Shown in pieces: positions 1 through 9,427 of a DNA stretch of 64,000 nt (position 1 is its first letter; every line of letters starts with the position of its first letter). The notes under the pieces were generated by a model, which did not search any database, had not been told where the DNA came from, and saw only the letters and a list, made by a program, of their open reading frames with translations. The DNA is taken from assembly GCA_965649115.1 (NCBI GenBank), contig CBFGJN010000001.1:568-64567 (forward strand), written 5' to 3'. The DNA comes from a candidate division WOR-3 bacterium. GTDB taxonomy: Bacteria; Hydrothermota; Hydrothermia; LBFQ01; DSFT01. A program made the translations under genes and the position numbers.

Positions 1-276
1 GTTTCGCCCCCATTAAAACCTCCTAAAACAAAGATTTCTAATAAATTTTCGCAAGTTATTAACAATCAATTACAAAGCTTCGCTTTATAAATTCCCATAT
101 TTAGGCTATGGGTGTCAAAGCCCCCCCCAATAATTCATCACACAAAATCAATAACCTTAAATTAACACTAATAATAAGCCTACAACTTATAAACACCCCA
201 ACTTTTACCTTTGGAGGATTTTCCACCATTAACACTCAATAAAATCAAGTCTTCAAAATTCATTATTGGACAAAGC
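1..276 (+). repeat. MITE-like structured interspersed repeat copy, cut by the window edge. Variant subfamily with the CCTCCTAAAACAAAGATTTCTAATAAATTTTC interior.
   Basis: Ends with the family 3' terminus ATTATTGGACAAAGCA at 262-276. The interior shares TTCGGCTATGGG and CAAAGCCCCCCC boxes with other copies, for example 18484-18560. Confidence 0.6.
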
Positions 277-286
277 AATTATCAAT

Positions 287-448
287 TACTTGATGCTGTA
301 TTTAGTAATCCTAAAAGTATTTATTTTATTATGTTCTCCAATCAGTCCTGAATTTAAGCCTTCGGCTTACAAATCTTCGCTCCCCGTTAGAACCTCCTAA
401 AATCAATGGTTTCATTGACAATTGCTTAACATTATTTACTAAACAAAG
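287..448 (+). repeat. Degenerate copy of the same repeat family
   Basis: Contains the TATTTATTTTATTAT, AAGCCTTCGGCTT hairpin, AAAATCAATGGTTTCATTGA and AACAAAGCA boxes in family order. Confidence 0.55.
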
Positions 449-451
449 CAA

Positions 452-1036
452 TTACTTGACACCTTTATCTGAATAAAATTTTTTGGCAATTTCGTATTTC
501 CCTTCCTCTTTGTTTTTGTGTTTTATTTCCAAAATTAAATCATCACCAATAAATAAACTAAATTTGTACTGATCCTCAAATTTCTCAACTTTTATTTTTG
601 AGTTTGGATATTCTCTTTTTAATCTGCTAATGAAATCATCAAAATTACTTAACAAAAATTTTCTTTTTGACCAAAGAACATTTTCTAAAAATTCAAATAG
701 CTTATTAAAGCCATAATCAAAATAAATTCCACAACAATATGCTTCAAAAATTGTTGCCAATAAATAATCTGAAAATTTTATACTTCCAACATAAATTAAT
801 TCTTTATCCAAATTTAATTCTTTTGAAATATAACTTAAACTTCTTTTACTTGCTAATATCCCTCTTTCAATAGATGCATATTTTAAGTCATCAAAGTAAA
901 TTTGAAATAACTTTTGTCTTAAATACAAATCAATTAAGCTATCGCCAATAAATGCATATATTCTTTGAAACTTTCCACCTGCTGAACTATGTCTAAATAC
1001 TCTATCTCTTGTTTTAGAATTTAATTCAACCTTCAA
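452..1036 (-). CDS. rnc: Ribonuclease III-like protein (divergent)
   Basis: Has an AFIGDS motif resembling the RNase III signature LEFLGDS and an [12 protein letters not shown] block resembling ALEALIGAIYLD. The C-terminus is dsRBD-like, and the gene sits immediately downstream of fabF and acpP in the conserved acpP-fabF-rnc order. Some catalytic acidic residues appear substituted. Confidence 0.55.
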   Translation of the reverse strand: MKVELNSKTRDRVFRHSSAGGKFQRIYAFIGDSLIDLYLRQKLFQIYFDDLKYASIERGILASKRSLSYISKELNLDKELIYVGSIKFSDYLLATIFEAYCCGIYFDYGFNKLFEFLENVLWSKRKFLLSNFDDFISRLKREYPNSKIKVEKFEDQYKFSLFIGDDLILEIKHKNKEEGKYEIAKKFYSDKGVK

Positions 1037-2273
1037 ATTTTTTGAAAATTAAACTAACATTATGACCACCAAAACCAAAAGAATTTTTAAGAGCGTATTT
1101 CACCTGTTTAGTTCTTTTTATATTTGGAACATAATCTAAATCACATTCAGGGTCAGGAACTTCATAATTTATTGTAGGATGAATAATTCCTGTTTCAATA
1201 GTTTTTATAACCGCTATACTCTCTACAACGCCAGCAGCACCAAGTAAATGACCAATCATAGATTTTGTAGAGCTTATTGGTATTTTATAAGCATATTCTT
1301 TAAATACACTTTTTATTGCAAGTGTTTCTGATTTGTCATTTAATTCAGTAGATGTTCCATGAGCATTAATATAATCAATTTGTGAAATATCAATTTGAGC
1401 ATCTTTTAAAGCATTTAACATACACTTAATAGCACCTTCTCCATCAGAACAAGGAGCTGTTATATGATAAGCATCAGCACTTTGACCATAACCTACAATT
1501 TCAGCATAAATTTTAGCACCTCTTTTTAAAGCATGTTCAAGCTCTTCAAGAACAATAATGCCTGCACCTTCTCCCATTACAAAACCATCTCTTAGCTTAT
1601 CAAATGGCCTTGAAGCTTTTTCTGGTTCATCATTTCTTGTTGATAATGCCCTAATTTGATTAAACCCTGAAATAGCAATAGGAATAATAGGAGCTTCTGC
1701 ACCTCCTGCCAATATAACATCAGCATCACCGTACTTTATTAATCTATAAGCTTCTCCAATAGCATGAGCAGAAGATGAACAAGCAGAAACAGTACAAAAG
1801 TTTGGACCCTTAAAACCAAACTTTATAGATACTAAACCACTTGCCATATCAGGTATCATCATAGGAACAAGATAAGGGCTAACTCTATCATAACCTTTAT
1901 CAAAGGCAACTTTAATTTCCCCAACTAATGTTTCAATCCCACCAATTCCACTCGCTATAATAACACCAACTCTATCAGGATTTACATTATATAATTTCGC
2001 ATCTTCAACAGCTTCAACCGAACAGTACAAAGCATATATGGAAAATCTATCAAGTTTATTTAATGGAACACCTGCTTCCTTCTTTTGTAATTTTTCAAAT
2101 GGATCAAAATCTTTTGGTAATAATCCTGCAATTTGCGTTTTTAGATTAGATACATCAAATCTATCTATTCTTCTAATACCACTTTTCCCTTCAATTAAAT
2201 TTTTCCAAAATTCATTTACATTTTTTCCAAGGGGCGTTAATGCCCCCATTCCCGTTATTACTACTCTCCTCAT
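1026..2273 (-). CDS. fabF: 3-oxoacyl-[acyl-carrier-protein] synthase II (KAS II)
   Basis: Full-length thiolase-fold condensing enzyme with active-site Cys in the CSSS context and HGTST and GHLLGAAG motifs. It is adjacent to acpP. Confidence 0.95.
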   Translation of the reverse strand: MRRVVITGMGALTPLGKNVNEFWKNLIEGKSGIRRIDRFDVSNLKTQIAGLLPKDFDPFEKLQKKEAGVPLNKLDRFSIYALYCSVEAVEDAKLYNVNPDRVGVIIASGIGGIETLVGEIKVAFDKGYDRVSPYLVPMMIPDMASGLVSIKFGFKGPNFCTVSACSSSAHAIGEAYRLIKYGDADVILAGGAEAPIIPIAISGFNQIRALSTRNDEPEKASRPFDKLRDGFVMGEGAGIIVLEELEHALKRGAKIYAEIVGYGQSADAYHITAPCSDGEGAIKCMLNALKDAQIDISQIDYINAHGTSTELNDKSETLAIKSVFKEYAYKIPISSTKSMIGHLLGAAGVVESIAVIKTIETGIIHPTINYEVPDPECDLDYVPNIKRTKQVKYALKNSFGFGGHNVSLIFKKFEG

Positions 2274-2509
2274 GTTCCCAACTTGCTCTTTATATAATTT
2301 ATTGCATCTCCGACAGTTCTAATTTTTTCAATATCTTCATCAGGTATCTTTATGCCATATTCTTCCTCAAACTTCATTACAAGCTCCATAAGTCCAATAG
2401 AGTCAGCACCAAGGTCTTCTATAAATCTTGCCTCTTCCTTTACTTGAGAGGGATCTATTGAAAGCTCATCTGCTATAAGTTTTTTGAACTTTTCAACATC
2501 AAAATTCAT
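2270..2509 (-). CDS. acpP: Acyl carrier protein
   Basis: 79 aa with the phosphopantetheine attachment motif [12 protein letters not shown] strong AAAGGAGG Shine-Dalgarno sequence precedes it. The stop overlaps the fabF start. Confidence 0.95.
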   Translation of the reverse strand: MNFDVEKFKKLIADELSIDPSQVKEEARFIEDLGADSIGLMELVMKFEEEYGIKIPDEDIEKIRTVGDAINYIKSKLGT

Positions 2510-2537
2510 AACCTTTTCCTCCTTTTTGAATTTTAGA

Positions 2538-2554
2538 TTTGAAAATTTTAAAGG
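2538..2554 (-). promoter_or_regulatory. Palindromic promoter-like motif CTTTAAAATTTTCAAA upstream of acpP
   Basis: An instance of the recurrent 16-bp palindrome, about 30 nt upstream of the acpP start. Confidence 0.5.
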
Positions 2555-2572
2555 ATAGTTGATTAAAGATTT

Positions 2573-2777
2573 GCTGTGTCCAATAATTCTAAAACTATTT
2601 ATTTTATTATATTTTTCCCACCCACCCTATATTTAAGCCTTCGGCTTATAAATACCCATATTTCGGCTATGGGGGGCGAAGCCCCCCTAATAATCCCCCC
2701 GATAAATCAATAGTTTCATTAAAACTTTAATAAGTTATTGATATTCAAGGACTTAACAATAATTATTGGACAAAGCA
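2573..2777 (+). repeat. Full-length MITE-like repeat unit (205 bp) with terminal inverted repeats
   Basis: Starts GCTGTGTCCAATAATTCT and ends AATTATTGGACAAAGCA. It is flanked by perfect 10-bp direct repeats TTAAAGATTT at 2563-2572 and 2778-2787. The interior carries the CCCACCCACCC, AAGCCTTCGGCTT, GGGGGGCGAAGCCCCCC and TTGATATTCAAGG boxes. Confidence 0.8.
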
Positions 2778-2787
2778 TTAAAGATTT

Positions 2788-2935
2788 GCCTTGTCTAGTA
2801 ATTCTGAAAATATATTCATTTCTTTATTTTACCCACCCACCTATCCTGAAAATAAAGGTGGAGCCTTATAAATACCCAATTTTTTGCCTTTGGAGGGCAG
2901 AGTTCCCCTTAAATTCCCCCTGAAAATTTATGCTT
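2788..2935 (+). repeat. Degenerate tandem second copy of the repeat
   Basis: GCCTTGTCTAGTAATTCTGAAAA start, then CCCACCCACC and GGAGCCTTATAAATACCC boxes. The 3' end is missing. Confidence 0.6.
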
Positions 2936-2964
2936 TATAATTTTCAACTAACGGGAGGTGGAAC

Positions 2965-3252
2965 ATGTGGTTAATAATTATAAGTCAAATAAATCCCTTT
3001 ACAATACAAAGGGATATAAATAGAATGAGTGTTGAAATATATGATACATCCTGGACAAATCATCCTGAAAAAATCCAATCACTTATGGAATATCTCAAAA
3101 ATGCTCTTAGTAATAATCTCGTTTATATATCCTATGACAATTTCAAAACAGCTATATATATGAAATTCAGAAATTGGACTGAAAATGATTCCTTAACTAT
3201 TGAAAAAATTTTAATAGAAAAGGGGGTAAATGGCTATGTTGTTCGTCATTGA
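2965..3252 (+). CDS. Hypothetical small protein
   Basis: ORF preceded by a GGGAGGTGG RBS. No recognisable motif. Confidence 0.35.
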   Translation: MWLIIISQINPFTIQRDINRMSVEIYDTSWTNHPEKIQSLMEYLKNALSNNLVYISYDNFKTAIYMKFRNWTENDSLTIEKILIEKGVNGYVVRH

Positions 3253-4828
3253 GCTTCAAATCTGGGCAGGTTTAAAAACTTATGGTGGTTCTAATTGGGA
3301 TCAATTGTGGGGTGTTGATTTTAATGCACCTGGCAATAATATCGTTGCGAACTTATTCTCTATGACATATAAAATTGATGCTTCTACTGGTGCTGATTTT
3401 GTTGTTATCGTCTCTACACAATCTGGAACTCCTGTTTGGGAAAGAATTGTAGGAAGGTCAAATATGAATGAATGGTCTTATAAAATTGCTTATGATAATG
3501 CTGGAAATCCAATTATAGGAGGAGCAAGTTGTGTTCCAAATGGTGGTCCTTCAAATTGTCAATTATCTACGAGTGATAGGGCGTTTGCTATTAAACTTAA
3601 TGGTTCAAGTGGTGCTTTCATATCTGCAAGAGATTTAGCTTCAAGCTGGGGAAGTTCTGATTGGATAAGGATAATGTCAATTAACGCTACAAGTGATGGT
3701 GGATTTGTAGTAGCAGGAGATATATATTACGATTCTTGGGCTGGCGATATTGATGGCTTTGTTGCTAAGTTTGATGCAAGCATGAACTTACAATGGAGGA
3801 GAATTCTTGGAACGACTGGTGCTGAATGGCTAACTACTGCTTTTCAAACAACAGATGGTAATATTGTTGTTGTTGGAACACCATTTAATGAGATTTTTAT
3901 AGCAAAACTAAATGTTTCTAATGGTAATATTATATGGCAAAGAAGGTATCCAAGAACCTATTATGATGATGGGTCTGGAAAGTACTTTACTTGGGCTAAA
4001 CCTTCTTCTGATGGAGGGATTATTATTGCAGATGAGATAAGTGGTGGCACTAATAGAGATGTCCTTTTTGCAAAGTTAAATGGTAGTGGTAATGTTGTTT
4101 GTGCAAGAAGGATAGGTGGTCCTGGTCATGATGTTGGAATTGATGTTGTAGAAGGAGCAAATTATTATTACTTAGCAGGATTTTGGAATGGTGGTGATTT
4201 ATTCTATGCAAAGTTTGATAAAACGAATTGTAATTTAGTAGGTAATGTCAGATATGTTCTATCATCTGGTGATGAATCTGCAAGGGCTATTGATATAAGG
4301 CCTTCCTCTGGAATTCCTTATGTTGCAGGTTATACAAATAGAGCGGGATGGACTGCTGGAAATTATGATGGATTATTAGCAGCAGATAGTGGAACACAAG
4401 ATACTTGTTATTGGAGAAGTTTAACACCAACGACGAATGTTTCTGTTTCATTTAGTAATAGTGGCTCTTGGAGTGATTATGGGAATACGGGAATAAATGT
4501 TTCAAGTGTTACTTATACAACTGTTTCAGTTAATACTAATAAAACTATTGCTTGTGGTTTATTAACACCTGTTTCTAATAATGAAAAATATGAGGATTGT
4601 TATATTTCAATAGCAAAAGATGGTTCATTTTTAACGATAAGGTCAAAGGACAAGCAGGATATAAGGTTAGTAATTTATAGCTCAGATGGTAAAGTGATTT
4701 ATAAGAATGAGTTTAGAAATGTTGAAGGTGTTTTAAATGAGAAAATTAAATTGAATAGTGGAATTTATATCGTTAAAGTTAATTATAAAAAAGGAGAGAT
4801 AAAAAATAAGTTTATAGTTAGGGATTAA
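3230..4828 (+). CDS. SBBP beta-propeller-repeat secreted protein with a T9SS C-terminal sorting domain
   Basis: Repeated DGG(F/I)VVAG and GNIVVVG blocks typical of PF06739-like beta-propeller repeats. The C-terminal approximately 80 aa (…SGIYIVKVNYKKGEIKNKFIV) match the Por secretion tail. The likely start is the second ATG at 3236 (MLFVIELQIW), 8 nt after an AAGGGGG RBS. Confidence 0.7.
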   Translation: MAMLFVIELQIWAGLKTYGGSNWDQLWGVDFNAPGNNIVANLFSMTYKIDASTGADFVVIVSTQSGTPVWERIVGRSNMNEWSYKIAYDNAGNPIIGGASCVPNGGPSNCQLSTSDRAFAIKLNGSSGAFISARDLASSWGSSDWIRIMSINATSDGGFVVAGDIYYDSWAGDIDGFVAKFDASMNLQWRRILGTTGAEWLTTAFQTTDGNIVVVGTPFNEIFIAKLNVSNGNIIWQRRYPRTYYDDGSGKYFTWAKPSSDGGIIIADEISGGTNRDVLFAKLNGSGNVVCARRIGGPGHDVGIDVVEGANYYYLAGFWNGGDLFYAKFDKTNCNLVGNVRYVLSSGDESARAIDIRPSSGIPYVAGYTNRAGWTAGNYDGLLAADSGTQDTCYWRSLTPTTNVSVSFSNSGSWSDYGNTGINVSSVTYTTVSVNTNKTIACGLLTPVSNNEKYEDCYISIAKDGSFLTIRSKDKQDIRLVIYSSDGKVIYKNEFRNVEGVLNEKIKLNSGIYIVKVNYKKGEIKNKFIVRD

Positions 4829-6767
4829 AGAGCATCCAAGCAAGTTTATCTTTTGCCTTCTTTTTAATAGCAATATTTTGATAAAATAGGCTTTTGAAAT
4901 TGTCATTTAAAATATAAAACATTGCAGATAATGTCCAATATGCATCTATTTCTAAAAGAAAAGTAGCAATTTTTGCTTTTTCAATTGCTAAATCATATTT
5001 TTTCAATTTGAAAAGACTTAATGCCCATAAATGATATAAATAACCATTTAAATAACATCTATCTGAAATAATTTTCATTAAACTATCTAATTTTTGATAT
5101 TCTTTCAATTCATAATAAAGAGCAGATTGAAGCTCTCTTATATTTCTATTACAAAACTCATAACTTAAAACTTCATTTATTTTATTTTCCAAAGCTTTGT
5201 AATTTGTAGTTTTTGTTAATTCCAAGAAATTGTACTTATAACTAACTTCATTAAAAAAATTATTATTTTTGTAAATTTTAAAAAAGCAAATTAAACTAAA
5301 TGATGAAAACAACAATAAAAATAAAAATTCATAAAATTTTTTTTGAATTGAAAGAATAAAACAAATAACTGAAAATAAAATTCCAACTAAAATGTTTATT
5401 TCTAAAATTTTTGAGATTATTATAAATGTTGAACTAGTTAAAATTGCCTGAATAAATTTTCCGAAATTTCCAAATAAAGTGTAAGCTGTAAATATAAGTC
5501 CTTTTTTATCGCCTTCAACATCAGATAAATCTTTAATTCCAAATCCAAGTGTTATGCCAATTATAACACTTAAAATAATTTTTTCATTTAAAATCAAAAT
5601 TGGATTTTCCTTATAAAAATAACTAATCCCAAGAACAATGCTCATTAGTGCAATAAAACTTAAATTTAATGTAGATAATAACCAAAATCTTTTAATCCTT
5701 ATAGGTTCAATTGAATAAATAATAGCTGATGATATAATAACAGCTAAAACAATAAAGACACTATAAGAAGTTAAAAATGAAAATAAAATTGAAAGAAGAG
5801 ATAAGGTAATAATAAAAGGTAAAAATTCCTTCTCATTTAAAATTCCATCATTAAAAACATTTTTTTTATTGTTAATTTTGTCAATTTCCCTATCGTAATA
5901 ATCATTTACAATTAAAGCGATTAAAAACGCCAAAAATAATGAAAAAATGATATTGAAAATTCCCGAATAATCAAATATATTTTCAAAAGCTCTAAAATAT
6001 GTGAATTTAACAACTTTAATTCCAACAAAAAATCCAAATATCAATAGTGGTAAATAATATAAAAATTTATAAATTCTCATTTTTAGAATTTTTAAAATAT
6101 ATTCAGGAAAAATCAAAATTAAAAATATCGTTAAAATATATAAATTTACAAGGGCGTACCGTTGAGTATCGGTTTCAATTAGTGAAAAAGAATTAAAATA
6201 AACTTTTGATATAAATCCTGGCATTGAGCCAATTATTGCTAAAATTATTAAAAATGAAATGGTTGTTGAAATTGATTTTAAAAAATTTTTTGAGATTGAT
6301 AGTGTCCATAATAGAATCCCAATAACTGCCAAAAAAATCTCAAATCTCATTCCAGGACTTAATGCCTTTAATTGGACGAATGGATTAAAAACATTCAAAA
6401 GACTAAATATAAATTCTTCAAATGTAAATATATAGCTTGGCCTAAAATTCCCTCCAAAAAATAAATCAATTATTGGTGGTGTTATGATAATAATTGAGGT
6501 TGAAAATATAAATGTTAAAGTTTTGATTATATCTTTTTTATGAATTAATTTGATTAAAAAAGCAAGTGCGAAATAAACTGAAAAATAAAATGTGTATTGA
6601 TGAAAAAATATAAATAAAAATGATTTGTATTCAATAGGATTTGTTAGCATTTTGTTGTGATCAATAGCACCTTCAAGAACACCTCTAATTATTGGACTAA
6701 TTAAAGCTATTATTAAAGCATTAATAAAATTTGTATTTTCAATATAATCAAAAATTTTTTTCATCAT
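4818..6767 (-). CDS. Large polytopic membrane protein with a UbiA-family prenyltransferase core and a C-terminal TPR-like soluble domain
   Basis: Asp-rich motifs NDYYDREID (NDxxDxxxD) and KDLSDVEGD (DxxDxxxD) are embedded in multi-TM segments. There are about 230 extra N-terminal TM residues and about 160 C-terminal helical-repeat residues. The start overlaps the upstream ORF in an ATGA arrangement. Confidence 0.6.
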   Translation of the reverse strand: MMKKIFDYIENTNFINALIIALISPIIRGVLEGAIDHNKMLTNPIEYKSFLFIFFHQYTFYFSVYFALAFLIKLIHKKDIIKTLTFIFSTSIIIITPPIIDLFFGGNFRPSYIFTFEEFIFSLLNVFNPFVQLKALSPGMRFEIFLAVIGILLWTLSISKNFLKSISTTISFLIILAIIGSMPGFISKVYFNSFSLIETDTQRYALVNLYILTIFLILIFPEYILKILKMRIYKFLYYLPLLIFGFFVGIKVVKFTYFRAFENIFDYSGIFNIIFSLFLAFLIALIVNDYYDREIDKINNKKNVFNDGILNEKEFLPFIITLSLLSILFSFLTSYSVFIVLAVIISSAIIYSIEPIRIKRFWLLSTLNLSFIALMSIVLGISYFYKENPILILNEKIILSVIIGITLGFGIKDLSDVEGDKKGLIFTAYTLFGNFGKFIQAILTSSTFIIISKILEINILVGILFSVICFILSIQKKFYEFLFLLLFSSFSLICFFKIYKNNNFFNEVSYKYNFLELTKTTNYKALENKINEVLSYEFCNRNIRELQSALYYELKEYQKLDSLMKIISDRCYLNGYLYHLWALSLFKLKKYDLAIEKAKIATFLLEIDAYWTLSAMFYILNDNFKSLFYQNIAIKKKAKDKLAWMLFNP

Positions 6768-7213
6768 TTAAAATTGTACTCTTTGAGAATAATTATTTTG
6801 TTTTTTATAACTTTTAGTTTATATGGGGCATTATTTAGTTTTTTATAAAAAAATTGTCCATCAATTAAATCAATGACACTATCATTTATCCATATACTAC
6901 TTGGCTTTTCGGTTATTCCAAAAGCATGCCAATTTTTCCTTTCAAAAAATATAATAAAATAATTAGCACTTTTCCCCTTTTCAAAATATATTTTTCCAAA
7001 ATTGGAATTATTATTTCTATCTAAAATCCTATAATTTTTTATTCCTGAAGTTGATTTCGTTGAAATTTTTAATGTTTCATTTTGGATTTTATAGTTATCA
7101 AACTCAAATAACTTGGCATTTAAGTTAAAAATTTTTAGACTATCAAGTGTTATGTTAAAAACAATTAAGCTATCTATTATGAAATTCATATATAACCTCT
7201 TTCTTTTAACCAA
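6764..7213 (-). CDS. Hypothetical protein, translationally coupled between the cysK-like and UbiA-like genes
   Basis: An alternative start at 7189 would overlap the cysK-like stop as ATGA. The stop overlaps the next gene's start. Confidence 0.4.
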   Translation of the reverse strand: MVKRKRLYMNFIIDSLIVFNITLDSLKIFNLNAKLFEFDNYKIQNETLKISTKSTSGIKNYRILDRNNNSNFGKIYFEKGKSANYFIIFFERKNWHAFGITEKPSSIWINDSVIDLIDGQFFYKKLNNAPYKLKVIKNKIIILKEYNFK

Positions 7214-8133
7214 TTTTCATTGAATGCTTTGCTTAAATATCTGCTTCCTCCATCGGGAAATAGAACAACAGCACGTTTTATTTCAGGATGCTCTTTTATG
7301 TACTTTAAAGCACCAACTAATGCCGCTCCTGATGATGGACCTACAAATAATCCCTCATATCTTAATAAATTTAAAGTCATTTCAAAAGCTTCCTTATCAT
7401 ATATTCTTACAAAATCATCAATTACTGAAAAATCTAAGGTTTTTGGTATGAAATCTTCTCCAATTCCTTCAACATCATAAACTCTTGCTTGAACAATTTC
7501 CTTTTTATAAAAATAATCATAGAGAATTGAACCATCAGGATCAATACCAACAATTTTTATTTTTGAATTCATATTTTTTAGAAATTTTCCAACACCAGAA
7601 ATTGTTCCACCTGTTCCAACACCTGCAAAGAAAGCATCAATTTTTCCATTCATTTGATACCAAATTTCAGGTCCCGTTGTTTCATAATGGGCTTTTGGAT
7701 TATTTGGATTTTCGTATTGATTAGGATAAAATGCATTTCTTTCTTTTGCTATTCTTTTTGAAACTTCATAATAACTATTTGGGTCATTTGGTGGCACATT
7801 TGTAGGACATATAACTACTTCTGCACCATAACTTCTTAACAAGTTTCTTTTTTCTTCTGAAACCTTATCTGGCATAACTGCTATAAATTTATAACCTTTT
7901 AGGTTGGAAATGAGTGCAAGACCAAGTCCTGTATTTCCACTTGTTGGTTCAACAATATAAGAGCCTTTTCTTAAAATCCCTTCTTTTTCAGCATGTTCTA
8001 TCATATAAAGTGCTATTCTATCTTTTACACTTCCTGTTGGGTTGTAAAATTCAAGTTTTGCGTATATTTCATAAGATGATGTTGAAAAACTCTTCAATTT
8101 ATAGATAGGTGTTTTGCCTATAAATTCAATCAT
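7186..8133 (-). CDS. cysK: Cysteine synthase family PLP-dependent enzyme (O-acetylserine sulfhydrylase-like)
   Basis: PLP-lysine motif SVKDRIA, the glycine-rich loop GVGTGGTISG, and a TSGNTG block. Confidence 0.85.
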   Translation of the reverse strand: MIEFIGKTPIYKLKSFSTSSYEIYAKLEFYNPTGSVKDRIALYMIEHAEKEGILRKGSYIVEPTSGNTGLGLALISNLKGYKFIAVMPDKVSEEKRNLLRSYGAEVVICPTNVPPNDPNSYYEVSKRIAKERNAFYPNQYENPNNPKAHYETTGPEIWYQMNGKIDAFFAGVGTGGTISGVGKFLKNMNSKIKIVGIDPDGSILYDYFYKKEIVQARVYDVEGIGEDFIPKTLDFSVIDDFVRIYDKEAFEMTLNLLRYEGLFVGPSSGAALVGALKYIKEHPEIKRAVVLFPDGGSRYLSKAFNENWLKERGYI

Positions 8134-8136
8134 AGT

Positions 8137-8152
8137 TTTGAAATTTTAAAGG
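8137..8152 (-). promoter_or_regulatory. Promoter-like palindrome motif immediately upstream of the cysK-like start
   Basis: CACCTTTAAAATTTCAAAACT-ATG in gene orientation. No Shine-Dalgarno sequence is present. Confidence 0.5.
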
Positions 8153-8162
8153 TGAATTAGAT

Positions 8163-8227
8163 GCTGTGCCCAAATAATTCTGAAAATCGGCACTTTTAAA
8201 ATACTCATTTTTTAATTATTTATCTTG
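8163..8227 (+). repeat. Fragment (5' end) of the repeat family
   Basis: GCTGTGCCCAAATAATTCTGAAAAT start box only. Confidence 0.5.
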
Positions 8228-9427
8228 TTATCTTTGTTCTTCCAGTTCAATATCAGGAAGATATTGACCGAAACCTTGAACATTTGAAAATAAAAGTTTA
8301 TAATCTCCTGTTCCAAGTTGGTCATAAAATTTAAATTTTTTATTTCCATTATAATAAATCCATATTACATAAGATTTCGTTCCAAGAGCAACTTCTTCCC
8401 TTCTTATATCATCTGGTTGTCCAAATAAAATGTAAATTTTGCCCATATCAGTATATCTTCCTTTTTTGAATGGTGTTGAAAATTTTAAATCTGCTTCAAT
8501 TACTCTTTGTCTAAATATAGGATAGAAAGAACCATCTGGATCTTTAATTTTCCAAAACTTTTCAATCCATAAATTTTTACTTTTTATATCCTTTATATTT
8601 CTAAATTCATTTAATTCACTTGGTGAAGCTATATAATCAATGAAATACCTTATCTCATCGTTGAGAACTATTCCTTCTCTTTGAATGATAAAGTAATGCT
8701 TTAAAACTTTTTTTATGTTTAAACCCAAATCAACAATTTCAAATTTTAAATTGTACTCTCCATCAGATATATTATTTAGTGGAATTTTTCCACTAACTAC
8801 AAGTTGTTCTTTATCCTTTATGATTAATTGAGGGCTTGATATTAAAATTACACTATCATTTTTATCTTCAATGATGTACCTTAAAAAAAGTTTTTGACTA
8901 TCCTTCTTAATATTGTAAATTTCAAAAAAGTAAAAAATTGTATCTTTGAAAATATTTGATGGATTTGGTAAAAATCCAATTCCATTTCTATAAAATGGAC
9001 TATTTAAGCTGTCTTCATAAAGTGAACTTGATAAGACAAGAGAAGAAAAATTCAAATTACTATCTTCTTGAATAATTAAAGGAAATTCAATTTTTGAAGA
9101 CTTACTTTTCGTTTTAACTTCAAATTTTATTGTATATTTCCCAGGTTTAGATAGAATTTCATAACTATCCACCATATAAATAGCATTTTTTGAAATTTTT
9201 TTGTCTTTTTTTTCTTCCATAAGTTTTTGCCTATCCAAGAAAACTCTTAAATATATTTGATAATTTTCAGAAATATCGTTTGGGTTTATTGAATAAACAA
9301 AATTTACAATATAAATATCACCTGATAGTTTAAAGTATATAGGTTCAACATAACCCCTAATAGCTCCATCTAAAACGTAACTTTTATTATCTAATGTAGT
9401 CAGTCCAACTAGAAGGAGCAAGTTCAT
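8228..9427 (-). CDS. GWxTD domain-containing protein
   Basis: C-terminal region contains FWKIKDP … GRYTDMGKIYILFGQPDDI … YVIWIY … LGTGDYKLLF, matching the GWxTD-domain architecture. Confidence 0.7.
   Translation of the reverse strand: MNLLLLVGLTTLDNKSYVLDGAIRGYVEPIYFKLSGDIYIVNFVYSINPNDISENYQIYLRVFLDRQKLMEEKKDKKISKNAIYMVDSYEILSKPGKYTIKFEVKTKSKSSKIEFPLIIQEDSNLNFSSLVLSSSLYEDSLNSPFYRNGIGFLPNPSNIFKDTIFYFFEIYNIKKDSQKLFLRYIIEDKNDSVILISSPQLIIKDKEQLVVSGKIPLNNISDGEYNLKFEIVDLGLNIKKVLKHYFIIQREGIVLNDEIRYFIDYIASPSELNEFRNIKDIKSKNLWIEKFWKIKDPDGSFYPIFRQRVIEADLKFSTPFKKGRYTDMGKIYILFGQPDDIRREEVALGTKSYVIWIYYNGNKKFKFYDQLGTGDYKLLFSNVQGFGQYLPDIELEEQR

Noticed and set aside
2038-2461. ORFs 2038-2322 and 2240-2461 on the plus strand
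   Set aside because: They lie antisense inside fabF and acpP and have low-complexity translations. They are spurious.
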